Below are positions 25,814 through 38,414 of a stretch of 64,000 nucleotides of DNA, in pieces (position 1 is the first letter of the stretch; every line of letters starts with the position of its first letter). The position numbers were made by a program, and so were the translations under genes. The stretch comes from Eledone cirrhosa. Taxonomy: Eukaryota. The notes under the pieces are model-generated. The model searched no databases. It had not been told where the DNA came from and saw only the letters and a list, made by a program, of their open reading frames with translations. The stretch is taken from the NCBI GenBank assembly GCA_964016885.1, contig OZ024742.1, positions 249,736,001 through 249,800,000 of the forward strand, read 5' to 3'.

Positions 25814-27445
25814 AGGAAAATGTTTAACCCCGACGGCAGAGCTCAAACCGTTTCGGCGGCTATTTCTGGACTAAATTAGAATGTTTAGCGTGGTAATAAT
25901 TAGCCGAAATTTTCAAGGGGTAATTCCTTATATGAGAAGATTGTAGTTGTCAAAAGGATTGGTTAAAATTTCTTCTAAAGACAATTAAATGTTTCATGGC
26001 AGTAGGTGGAAGGTGGGGGTTGCTGAACTTGTCTGTAGAACGACGAGGGAGTGCGTGGAGTGTGAATTCTATTCGGCAAATTCTAAGGAGTGTGTATGAA
26101 ATTAGGCTAGTTAGGAATCAGCCGAAAAAGGATTCTGGAGGAAATTGAGAGTGGGACGTTATAGAATTAAATAAAGATTAAAAGATAATAAATAAAAAAA
26201 AGTAAAAATTATAAAAATTAAATAGTAAAAAAGTAATAAAAAATCTCTAGAGTCTAAAGCAGCTGCTATATTTTTAGTTGGTATTGCGTTTTCGGCCAAT
26301 GCTATATATCATTTATTGTGGTGGGGGTACTGAGGCTACATAAGCCCGATGTGCTACCTCGGGGTAGGCGAAAGAGGAAAAGGAAAAGGAGGAGGAGAGT
26401 TGAAGGAAGTGATAAGAAGAGATAAAGGGAAAAATAAAAGAAACAGAAAAAGTAAAGAAGTACATCTACCTATGTAAGCTGGGGTTTCCCCTATCTTGTT
26501 CGGCAAGTGGGGAAAAGAAGGATGTTGCAGCCATTGTCTACCCACCCGGGTCATGAGGGGGTTTGGGGGCGGTGTAAGTCCTACTGAATCGGTGTTTACA
26601 TGCAGTTAGAAGTTCGTCTTTTTTGTTTAGGAGTGGATCTTTCGTAAACAGCATTTGCAATGTATCCTCCGAGCATAAGTTACACGGACGGCATCCTTCC
26701 CTTAGCCCTAGACAGTAAGCTCCAAGTAAGATTGCCTGTTATGTTATTATCTTGGAGTTCCCAGATGTGACCCGAAAGTGTAGTGGCATGTCGCCGGGCC
26801 GGGTTTCTGAACGTATGTCGGTGTTGGTAGAGCCGGGTCTTAAAGTCACAAGCGGTTAATCCTATATAGGCTTTGTTGGAGGTTTCCGTCCTCACGTTCT
26901 CGGCATCTGTTGTTGAGGGGGCACGTAGATCTATCAGGGCAGTTACACCTCCTGGTCGGCCTCCACTAATGTCTAGGTTGTTCCTTCCATAGGGGTTGAG
27001 TTTCATGTTGTTTGAGGAGGCGAGGTTTTGTGCGAAGTTGGGTGTAGGAGAGTTTGATAGTGTTTTTGTTGATTATGTTGTGGTAGCGGTGTTGTGGTGG
27101 GAAGTGTTTTTCGAGGAGCCTAAAGAAGATTTTCCCGATTGGTGTTGCCACTTCGGCATTGTGGGGAGGGTTGAACCATGTTACGTGGCGTGAGCGGCGG
27201 CGCCGCCTGCTGGTTTCGTTAAGGGAAGCTGGATAAAAGGAGATTTCCTGCCAAAAGCCGCTTCGCTTGAGGGCCTGGTTGTAATGAGGCACATGTTCAT
27301 CGAATATCTGCTCATTAGCGGACAAACGAGATATGCGGAGAGAGATTTGTTTTAACCAGGTTATCGGTGATGTTTCTAGGATGTTTAGAGCGCCGGTGGA
27401 TGTAGTGAAGGTTGTCGTTTGGTTTCCTGTTTGGGTAGTACAGAT
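25814..27445 (-). mobile_element. Penelope-like element, 5'-truncated (RT thumb, GIY-YIG, terminal repeat with hammerhead)
   Basis: YNQALKRSGF..RHVTWFNPPHN..IGKIFFRLLEKHFPPQHRYH; YIGLTACDFKTRLYQH; (TA)n on both sides. Confidence 0.9.
25827..25921 (-). ncRNA. Type I hammerhead (U3:A8 core, partly decayed stem II) in Penelope terminal repeat
   Basis: acccc-TTGAAAA-tttcggcta...tagccgcc-GAAA-cggtttgagctctgcc-GTC-ggggt. Confidence 0.65.
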
Positions 27446-27459
27446 CATATATATATATA

Positions 27460-27501
<42 letters not shown>

Positions 27502-28490
27502 AGAGTGTTGAAGTTTGCTTGAAGCATTGTGGAATAATAGATAGACAACATAAGCCACGTGTTGTTCCTCTCCGACTAAAAACTTTCCTCCTCGGAAACC
27601 CTCCCACCCCGTTGATGGATGCGAAAACCGAAATATAGGGACAATTATATCACTTCCAAGGTAACTCTATTTCGTGTTATTATTTGTACACTCTTTCCTA
27701 CGTTCCTCTACACCCTATACGTATCATTCTACATTTCCTCTTACATCTCTCTCATTACCACCTGATTCTGTTACACGGAGGTTTACCCCTCTGCATTGTT
27801 GAGGCTTCCAAAACGACCAATTTTATATATATATATATATATATATAGCACAAACAAACACCCCCACCCCACACCTCCACACACACACACACACTAACAT
27901 GTGTGTCTTTATATATATACACTCTCACACTCCCTAAAACCATATCCCCAAAATAGAATTTATTTTACTGTTGCCAATCCCATAGCATTTGTCTCTAGCT
28001 TACAATTGCCCCCCTTCACCATTCCCATCTGAACTCTTGACCACTCCACTAACACAATTGAGATTTTCCATGCGAAGAAATACAACCAGCACTGCTGCAG
28101 CTACTACCACCCCCCTCTTTATACACAAGAGTTCATTTTACAGTCTCCTTCTCAACAAGGAAGAAGCAAAAGTTTATCTTAACTCTTAATTTTAAATCTT
28201 TAATTTTTAGTTTTTAATCCTTATTAATTCTTTTTAATTGTAATACTCAACATTTGATAAGATTAATTTTACTAATACGTCGAAGCTGGTAATACTTTAT
28301 ATACTTTATATATATATAATAAAAGTCTTTTTTAAAAGAATTGTTCTTCTCACTTTTTCAATAATGCAAATTTGACGAATCAAAGAAAAGGAAAACAAAA
28401 AGAAAAACAGACCCTTAAATATATTTTCAGTGCTATTTCCAATCTCACCTTTTCTCTATAACCACTGTTTTGTATAGAACTTTACTTCCC

Positions 28491-28535
<45 letters not shown>

Positions 28536-29086
28536 TATAAAGTAAAGTAAAGCATGTCCAGAGAATTATTTGATAATATATAATATACATCATCTCTACT
28601 CCCAATCACCATAATTAACCACACAAAAAATCAATTAGACCAGGCTATAAGAATAAAAGGCACCTATGAAGAACCAGTAAATAAATATGCCAAAGCAACG
28701 TCTTCGCGCACAACCGCTATAGAATATTTACCCAACATTTCAACAGCACGTGGAAATTAATTAAATATACGGTCAACCATACATAATTAGGTAAAAATTA
28801 ATGTTAGAAATGCTTATATACATACCAGGATTAAATCACTAAACCCTTGGGTTTCGCTCACTTTTGAGATACCTTATTAAGGATAATACTCGAATTTTAG
28901 AGTTTTGAGGTGACAAACTCGCTATGACATATTATTTTCCGAAGTGGCCTCCGCCAAACACGACTTCAAAATGGTTGAGAACTGTGACGTGGTAGTGGTC
29001 AAGTCAGGAAGGGTGTGATTGGTTGCTTACTGCGAGTGGGTTGGTTTCTAGAAAGCTCAGACCCAATATCGCCCAAATTTTATCTC

Positions 29087-29114
<28 letters not shown>

Positions 29115-29125
<11 letters not shown>

Positions 29126-29972
29126 AATATGGGGAGAAGAATACTGCATGGTTGCACATGGATTGCATGTTATAAAATGAGTCCCTCATCAGTGATTTGC
29201 CAACGATCATTGGTATTTCAGCGCATTAAAAATCATATACCTCACGTTGGTGCGAAAATAACTAAAATAAGTTATTAGGACAATTGAAACGCGTAAAACG
29301 AGTGAGACAAGTGAACAACACAGGGGAAAGCTAACCGAAGATAGAAAGAAACACAAGCAACATGGTTATTCTGTCAGTATAAGCTGTTTGAATACATGTG
29401 CGAGTAAGAAACAGACCTTCCGCTAGTGAATCCGATGTAAGATAGAAGGAAAATCGTTTTCGTAGCGAACGGGAGGAGGTAAGAAGGGGAGAAACAGAGA
29501 GTGAGTGAGTGGAAGTGCGAGGAAGAGGTCAGTAGAGAGAAAGTGTTAACTGACATGACAGAGGGGACGAAAGAAAGTAAGAGAAACAGAGAGAACGAGG
29601 GAGCAGTAAGAGAGAAAGAGAGAAACACAGAATCGCAGTTTAGGTAAATATATGTGAAAAATATGGGGAGAAGAATACTGCATGGGTGCACATGGATTGC
29701 ATGTTATAAAATGAGTCCCTCATCAGTAATTTGCCAACGATCATTGGTATTTCAGCGCATTAAAAATCATATACCTCACGTTGGTGCGAAAATAACTAAA
29801 ATAAGTTATTAGGACAATTGAAACGCGTAAAGCGAGTGAGACAAGTAAACAACACAGGGGAAAGCTAACCGAAAATAGAAAGAGACACAAGCAACATGGT
29901 TATTCTGTCAGTATATGCTGTTTGAATACATGTGCGAGTAAGAAACAGACCTTCCGCTCGTGAATCCGATGT
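29115..29972 (-). mobile_element. Non-coding 534-bp partial tandem element adjacent to (TA)n
   Basis: 29121-29438 is repeated almost exactly at 29655-29972; no credible ORF. Confidence 0.8.
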
Positions 29973-30078
29973 GTAGCTGAGGACAACTACATTGTAGCTA
30001 ATGTTACTCCGTTTCGTTTGGAACAAACAACAAAATTATGTCAGTGTTTCGAGAACGTGACAGTCTCATTATCAGAAA

Positions 30079-30268
30079 TAATTGTTTCTACTTTAGGCAC
30101 AAGGCCAGCAATTACCCAGTACATTACTGGTACTTTATTTTATCGACCCCGTAAGGATGAAAGACAAAGTTAACCTTGGCGGGATTTGAACTCAGAATGG
30201 CAAGGGCCGTAACTCTATACATCAAACATGGTGTCCGACCCTCTACCGATACTGCCAATTCACCGCCC
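30079..30268 (-). mobile_element. Meta-domain-like tRNA SINE with target-site duplication
   Basis: Reverse complement of the 10415-10600 family; TTATCAGAAATAAT on both flanks. Confidence 0.85.
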
Positions 30269-31164
30269 TTTATCAGAAATAATGTTGCTACATCTTTCAT
30301 GTATATTTTTTTTATTTAAGTCATATGTATTTCATGAAGTTACATACAGTTCAAACTTCGCTATCTTTCTCTGGCTTTCCTATCTGGATGTGAATCTTAA
30401 ACCTCACCGATAGTCTAACATCACGTTAACCCTGGTAGCAAATTGAATACAACTATTGCCTCAATGATTAACCCCCTATTGTTGTTCAGAATTCTGTATA
30501 ATACAGGCTTATTATCTGTTTATGTTTTCCTATCTAATGTTTTCTTTTGAGTTGTACAGTGTATGGTATAGTGTCACAATTGCTCCTGGCTGTAAATGCA
30601 TAATGAGTCTTGGTAAAAGTTACATTTCTATGACTAATTCAGCACATGGTTTAATGAAATTCACAAATTTCATTTTGTATCTCAATAGTCAATGACTGCT
30701 TTAGTCAGGTATCCATCTTTGTGTGTTTTGTCAATAAGAATACTTTTGATTTCATTTCATAACATTACTGGAAATTTCTGTTTTAATGTGAGGCATTTTG
30801 CGCTACGTTTCATGAGATTTTTATTACGCGTTCGTATGTTCTTTTATTTAAAGGCAATTCGTTGTCTTTTACTTTATATGCAATTCAGTCATATAGATTG
30901 AACTGTAGTTTATACGCATTTGAAGCAATAATACTTCAGATCTAAGACCCTGGCGGCCTGGAAACGCTGATCAAATTATAAAGAAATGAATTTTTCAGTC
31001 CCTATCTTTCTATTTCACCTTTGGTTTCTCATAATATCTCCTGGTGTGTGACTAGTGTCCGAAAGGAAAATAATCTTTCCTGCTATATCAAGCATTAAAC
31101 TAATATATCTATTCATTGTACTGAATTGGTTGCTTTGTTGTTTCTCTTTCCTTTTCGCATGCAT

Positions 31165-31392
31165 ACATATATACACGATGGCTGCAAACACTGCTAAGAC
31201 TATTGCAATCGATTGTCAGAATCAGATGTCTTTTCAAGCCTGCTAGAGACTTGCACTCATTCGCACCTTGACGACAACTATGGAAGGAATGCAAGTCTCT
31301 AGCAGGCTTGAAAAGCCATAACTGAGCGTCACACACCTGAATCTGACAAGCAATGGCAATACTCTTAGAAGAGCATATATATCATACATACA
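31165..31392. mobile_element. Two head-to-head 3' remnants of the zinc-finger RTE family
   Basis: TGCAAGTCTCTAGCAGGCTTGAAAAG (CKSLAGLK) on both strands; the minus copy ends GCAGCCATCGTGTATATGTATG. Confidence 0.55.
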
Positions 31393-31949
31393 TATGAATA
31401 TGTGTGTGTGTGTACGCGCATATATAAGTATATATATATATATAAATATATATATATGTGTGTGTGTGCGTGTGCGTGTGTGTGTGTGTGTGCGCGCGCG
31501 CGCGCGTGTGTAAATATATAATTACATGTAAGCATATCTACATCAATATAGAGATATATGTACACGTGGGTTTATCGTTACGTGTGGAAAACATACATGT
31601 GTTGATGTATGAACATAAATAAATCAGAGACAAGCTCAATTCCAGTGATAGAATATCGATACTAATGAGGAAAGGAATTACTTTAAGAATAATAAACATA
31701 CAACAGATTCTGCACCATTTTAGACAGTATGGGATGGTAGTTGTGGTCGTGGTGAATGTAAGGAAGGTGGGTTTTTCTTAGCTGAGGGTAGATTAAACAG
31801 TTGTAACCGGAAGTACTTCACGTAGATAGTATAAACTTTAAGATGGAGCCGAAGATATACTTGCAGATGTGAGTATGTCATATATACGTAGTATACATAC
31901 ACACACATTTATATATATATATATATGTTGGTGTGTGTGTGTGTGTTTA

Positions 31950-32048
<99 letters not shown>

Positions 32049-32338
32049 TAAGCATATATATATATGTGTGTGTGTGTATGTATATATAAACATGATGAAA
32101 GAAGTTTAGATAACATGAGATCGGAATGGTAACAAGCCAGCATGATGTAAACAAGAAGTATATATATGTAAATGTGTGTGTTTGAGTATGTGTGTGTGTG
32201 TGCGTGTGTGTGTGCGCATGTGTGTGTATATATTCTACATCCATATGCATATATACATAAATATATACGCCTCTCATTCTTTCTCTCCCACCCCCAAATG
32301 GACAATAATTCATATGTATATATGTGTATATATATATA

Positions 32339-32463
<125 letters not shown>

Positions 32464-32558
32464 TCAAATCGTGAAGACATATAGTAACACACAGTGACAC
32501 ACACGTCCACGCGCGCATGCAGATACAGATAACCATACATACATACATACATACGTAC

Positions 32559-32589
<31 letters not shown>

Positions 32590-32701
32590 CATACATACAT
32601 ACATACATACATACAGACATACATACACACATACATACATACATATGTACATACATACATACATACATACATACATACATACATACATACATACATACAT
32701 A

Positions 32702-33290
32702 ATCAAAAACTCACGCCGAGGGAAATTGCCCAGCAGTACCGCAGCGAATCCATGGATGAAAAACTGCATGCTTATCAGCAAAAAATCATGCATGGCTATG
32801 TTGCCAGGAAGTTCTAGAGTGAGAGTAATATAGATAAGGCAAGTAGTCTATCTTGGACGAACAACCGCTATATTGGCTCCCACTTTGAAGGATACGCTTT
32901 TGCAATCCAAGAACAGGAAATTAACACGAAATACCTGATTCACAAAAGAGATAGGGATGTAGGCAAAACACCTAGATGTGATAACAAGTGCAGACTGCAG
33001 AATTAACATCGAAGATGTCACCCATGTCATCAGCAGCTGTCTAAAGATGTCATCATGGTACTCTCTAGCTATGAGGCATGATATAGTGGCCAAAACACTG
33101 TACAATGCAATCTGTAGAAAAGATAGGCCCGACAATAAACACATTAAAAGTTACAGCAATGTGCAAGTCATATACATCCATAATGTGAAAGAGTACTGAT
33201 GGAATGGTGCAGTCAAAATCCCAATGAAATGCAAATATAATGATATGGGACAGGGAAAACAAGGCATGCACAGTAGTGGAAGCTAACGAT
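32702..33290 (+). mobile_element. Decayed R4/Dong-like fragment
   Basis: FAIQEQEINTKY, EDVTHVISSC, RHDIVAKTLYNAIC in broken frames. Confidence 0.65.
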
Positions 33291-33304
33291 ATAAAAGTAT
33301 TAAT

Positions 33305-33490
33305 GAATTGGCAGTATCGGTAGAGGGTTGGATGCCATGCTTAGCAGCATTGAGTTACGCCCTTTTATGGTCTGAGTTCAAATCCCGCCGAGGTTAACTT
33401 TGCTTTTCATCCTTACGGGGTCGATAAAATAAAGTACCAGTGATACACTGGGATAATTGCTGGCCTTGTGTCAATTGTAGAAACAATTAT
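33305..33490 (+). mobile_element. Meta-domain-like tRNA SINE
   Basis: Same family as 10415-10600. Confidence 0.85.
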
Positions 33491-33811
33491 TAATAATTCT
33501 TAATTAATGCTACCGTGCAATGCTTGTGCGGGAAAATCCTTTTTAAAGAGAGGAAAGACTGTGCACTGAGCTAATCCCACTCTCTGAGCGACAGTAGCTA
33601 TATCCCGAAAAGAAGAAAAGATTAACATCATCGGTAACTACTGAGTCGCAGGTTTTATGTCGGGGTTATTCCATTTTCGTGAGTTGCCTTCTCCTAGTAG
33701 AATGCTCTCACAAAGGCTAGGGGTCCTTCACTCCCAGTGGTTTAACCGCGCGATCGTTATCCAGCCCGATTATTTCTCTCTCTCCGCGCATATATATACA
33801 TTTGCATACAA

Positions 33812-33882
<71 letters not shown>

Positions 33883-33904
33883 CATATATACATACATACA
33901 TACA

Positions 33905-34075
33905 TACATACATGGTGGCTGCCAACTCGTTTTCGAGTACGGCCACTACTTTATATCCATGTAGGAGAACCCCTACCGATGCGCTGAACGAGTGACTTTT
34001 TAGTCCAGCCAGCGACTTGAAAACTCTGGTACAAACACTACACTTGTGACAATTATTGACACATAGTGCTTTGCC
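33905..34075 (-). mobile_element. 3' end of zinc-finger RTE-like LINE with (TATG)n tail
   Basis: [17 protein letters not shown]; 3' end GGCCGTACTCGAAAACGAGTTGGCAGCCACC followed by (ATGT)n. Confidence 0.65.
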
Positions 34076-34469
34076 TTTGGTACCATGTGACGACAAGTGC
34101 AGAGAGATCTCCAGATACAAAGCAATGCCTGTGCCGTGAAGCTTTTATAGTGAGCAAAGGCAATGCACAAAGCCAGTCCCACTCTCTTAACCAAGATGAT
34201 ATTTACCAAAAAGAAGAACAAGTCAACATCATTGGATACCATCAGGGTTGCAGGTGTTATATCAGAGTTTTCCTTCTCCTAGAATTCTGCCTTGACAAAG
34301 GCTAAGGGGTCATCTCTCCCACTGATTTTGGATGGCCATTGACTCTTAAGAGCTCCTTTGCCCTTTGACAGGTTTTGTTTTTAGTCCTGCAGGATGTCCA
34401 AAGTCACCCTCCTCACCAAGAAACCTTGGTGGGGTTGCCAGTTTAGTCGCCAACGACCCGACCATGAGA

Positions 34470-34541
34470 TATACATACATGATGGCTGCCCCTTCGTTAT
34501 CGAGTATGGCCATTGCACAAAAAAAAAAAAAAAAAAAAAAA

Positions 34542-34596
<55 letters not shown>

Positions 34597-34675
34597 GCAA
34601 TAATAATAATAACGACAACAACAATAATAATATACATATTCATATATATATACACACACACGCACGCACATAAGC

Positions 34676-34715
<40 letters not shown>

Positions 34716-35850
34716 GATAGCAACTAACAGTGCTGCGATCGAATGTGGCTTTTTAGCCCAGCCAATGATCCAAAATGTCTTGCACAGAGTCGGCAACCAA
34801 AACATTTACTGGGAATAGTCGGCTGTGGTTGGAGTTCGTGTACTTTTGCATGTCGCTTGAGTCCTCCTGCTGATTTACATTCTCTACCACATGTTTGGCA
34901 AGCATGATGAGTAGCATCTCCAACAGCAGCCTGGTAGTCAACCACTGGTCTTACTTTATGACTGCGAAGATGACTTTCGAGTCCAGCTTTGCTTAGGCAG
35001 AGTCTCGCACAGACGCTGCATGTCAGAAACATAGGAGGACCCTCGCCGTCTGGAAGTGCAACAGCAATACCCTTCCTCACGTCCCGCTTTACTTTCTCGT
35101 GTGCGATTCGAGATGCCTCAAAGGCAACTTTTCCCTCATATACAGTCTTTCTCCATTTATTACGATCAGCAGCAATATTTTCCCATGTATCAGCAGAGAT
35201 GTTAGCGTCTTTCAGAGAGGCCTTCAAGGAATCCTTATACCTCTTTTTTGGTTTATGTGGCGGTCGTTTTCCTTTAACCAACTCTCCATAGAAGAGTTGT
35301 TTTGGTATTCTAGAATCCTTCATCCTGGCAAGGTGACCACTCCAACGGAGTCGCTGCTTAAGCACAAGAGCTTCTATACTGTCACACATAGAGCTTTCCA
35401 AAATCTCGACATCACTGATGTGGTCCCTCCAGTGAACGCCATGTATCCGTCTGAGACACATCTGATGGAAACGCTCCAATTGCTTAAGGTGGCGTCGATA
35501 TGTGACCCAGGTCTCGCAGGCATAAAGAAGACAAGAGAGTACACATGCCCTGTACACCCTTACCTTTGTCCTCCTGCATATGTCTCGCCGACCCCAGAGT
35601 CGCCTTTCTAGCTTTCCGAAAGCATCACTTGCTTTCCTAATCCTAAGTGAGATTTCACTGTCAAGGTTGCCGTATCGATTGACAGTGCTTCCCAGGTAGA
35701 CAAACTGATCAACCACTCCAAGTCGTTTGCCATACACATAGATGTTTGGTTCAGTGTACTGCCTACCAGGTGCAGGTTGGTACATGACGACGGTTTTCTT
35801 GAGACTGACAGTCAAACCCAGGGCAGTGCAAGCGTCAGAAAATACATTCA
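34470..35850 (-). mobile_element. RTE-clade LINE, 5'-truncated; RT C-terminus plus three C2H2 zinc fingers; 3'UTR interrupted by microsatellites
   Basis: ORF 34724..~35850: GLTVSLKKT, FVYLGS, RIRKASDAFGKL, LLYACETW, RLRWSGHLARM..RIPKQLFYGEL; 3' end GGCCATACTCGATAACGAAGGGGCAGCCATC-ATGTATGT. Confidence 0.9.
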
Positions 35851-36690
35851 TATATACATACATACATACATACATACATACATACATACATACATACATA
35901 CATACATACATACATACATACATACATACATACATACATTGCATTTTTAAACGATATTTGCAAATTTGATATTAGTGTCACCTTGCTAAAAAATAAAATG
36001 TAATTAGTATATCGCAAAATTTTGAACAATTTTGATTGGTCATATTGTCGATGATGTCAAGATCTAATTGCACTTTGAAGGTAACTATTAGGAATTTAGG
36101 ATATGTTAACAAGTTGAGATAAGATCACGTTTATGTTCTGTATTTAAGTACAGCTGCAGACAATGCATAAAAAAAAACATTTTTTATTACGAATTCAGTA
36201 GATTTGATATGTGATATTTCTATTCCTTTCTGCATCGGTTCATTTCGAAATGGATTTACAGCTTGATATAGTGTTTTCCTGAAGGGTTAACTTGTGATGG
36301 CACAGACGAGTTTTAATATGGTTTATTTCACAGGTATTTAACAAATCGAAGTATTGTTTGTTGACACGTTGAAAAGGAATTGAGCAATTTCAACTTAAGT
36401 GTCAGAGCCCTATACTGACCTAACTGTAAGAAAACGATGGCTGGGCAGTAAATATTCAGGAATGAGCCTGTTTAGAATTACTATTGTTCCTGCAAATGAC
36501 TTCAAAGTACTTCTCTCAATTGAACGCATTCTGCAACACCACGCACCCCATCTAACTTGGAATATCAGAAAAAAGCTTTTGTGTCCGGCCGTTCATCTTC
36601 TGACTATGTAATACACAATTTGAATCTATACCTATGCTATAATTTAGTGTACGTATAAACCTGTGTATTTACTTGCGTAGTGTAAAAATA

Positions 36691-36881
36691 TAATTGTTTC
36701 TACTTTAGGCACAAGGCCAGCAAATTACCCAGTGCATTACTGGTACTTTATTTTATCGACCCCGTAAGGATGAAAGGCAAAGTCAACCTCGGCCGGATTT
36801 GAACTCAGATCGTAAAGGGACGTAACTATGCTGGAAAGCATGGCGTCCGACCCTCTACCGATACTGCCAATCCACCGCCTA
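36691..36881 (-). mobile_element. Meta-domain-like tRNA SINE, full length, with 18-bp target-site duplication
   Basis: GTAGTGTAAAAATATAAT at 36677-36694 and 36882-36899. Confidence 0.9.
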
Positions 36882-37025
36882 GTAGTGTAAAAATATAATG
36901 ATATATTTTGATGGTGAATCTAAGATTTCGAATGTTTGTTTATATATATCGATACCAGCATACTTTTATAGTCACAACCCTTCCTTCGTTCTCTCTCTCT
37001 CTCTCTCTCTCACATACACACAGAT

Positions 37026-37056
<31 letters not shown>

Positions 37057-37196
37057 TACTCTCTCTCTCTCTCTCCATATATATATATACATGTGTATAT
37101 ATATATATATGTATGTATATATATATATTTATATATGTACACATATACATATACATATATACACATGTACATATATATATATACATATATATATAT

Positions 37197-37261
<65 letters not shown>

Positions 37262-37311
37262 TATACATATATATAAATATATATATATATGTGTGTATAT
37301 ATATATATATG

Positions 37312-37361
<50 letters not shown>

Positions 37362-37384
37362 CATACATATATATATATATATAC

Positions 37385-37435
<51 letters not shown>

Positions 37436-37439
<4 letters not shown>

Positions 37440-37631
37440 AACCAGTAAGACCCCGACAGCTGAGCTCAAGCCGTTTCGACGGCTAATTCTGGACAGTCCA
37501 GAATTAGCCGTCGAAACGGCTTGAGCTCAGCTGTCGGGGTCTTACTGGTTCCTATTACCCACTCTACTACCTCAAGTATTGAGTACTTTGGTGCGTTATG
37601 GTCCACCTGGTTCCTTACCACATTTCCTTCG

Positions 37632-37633
<2 letters not shown>
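37436..37633 (+). mobile_element. Penelope-type terminal repeat fragment folded back at hammerhead stem II
   Basis: Perfect palindrome 37436-37554 centred on GGAC-A-GTCC, then a unique tail shared with 1021-1100 and 43592-43676. Confidence 0.8.
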
Positions 37634-37685
<52 letters not shown>

Positions 37686-37761
37686 GTATATATATGTATA
37701 TATATGTACATGTGTATATATATATATGTATATGTGTACATATATATATATACATACACAT

Positions 37762-37792
<31 letters not shown>

Positions 37793-38097
37793 CATCAATT
37801 TATATATCTTTCTCTTTCTAATGTGTGGCAGTAACACCCACAGCAGCTACCACAAAAATAACATCTGCAGGAGCAACAACAACAAAAACAAGATCAGAAG
37901 ATGCAGTTGCATCGGCAACAGCTGCAAGAACAATAAAATCAAAAACCGCACATGCGCACACATTAAACAACTGTCCTAAACACCAACGTACATAGATATA
38001 TACGTGCATACATCGATATGTACACACCAACATACGTACATACGTATAAATACATTCATATATATACACATGCATACATACATAGATATATATATGT

Positions 38098-38218
<121 letters not shown>

Positions 38219-38378
38219 TACGTACATATATACATGCATCCATACACATATACATGCATACACATATACATGCATACACACATATATGCATACATACAGA
38301 CACATACATACACACGTACATATATACTCATACCTGCATACATACATACATACATACATACATACATACATACATACA

Positions 38379-38414
<36 letters not shown>

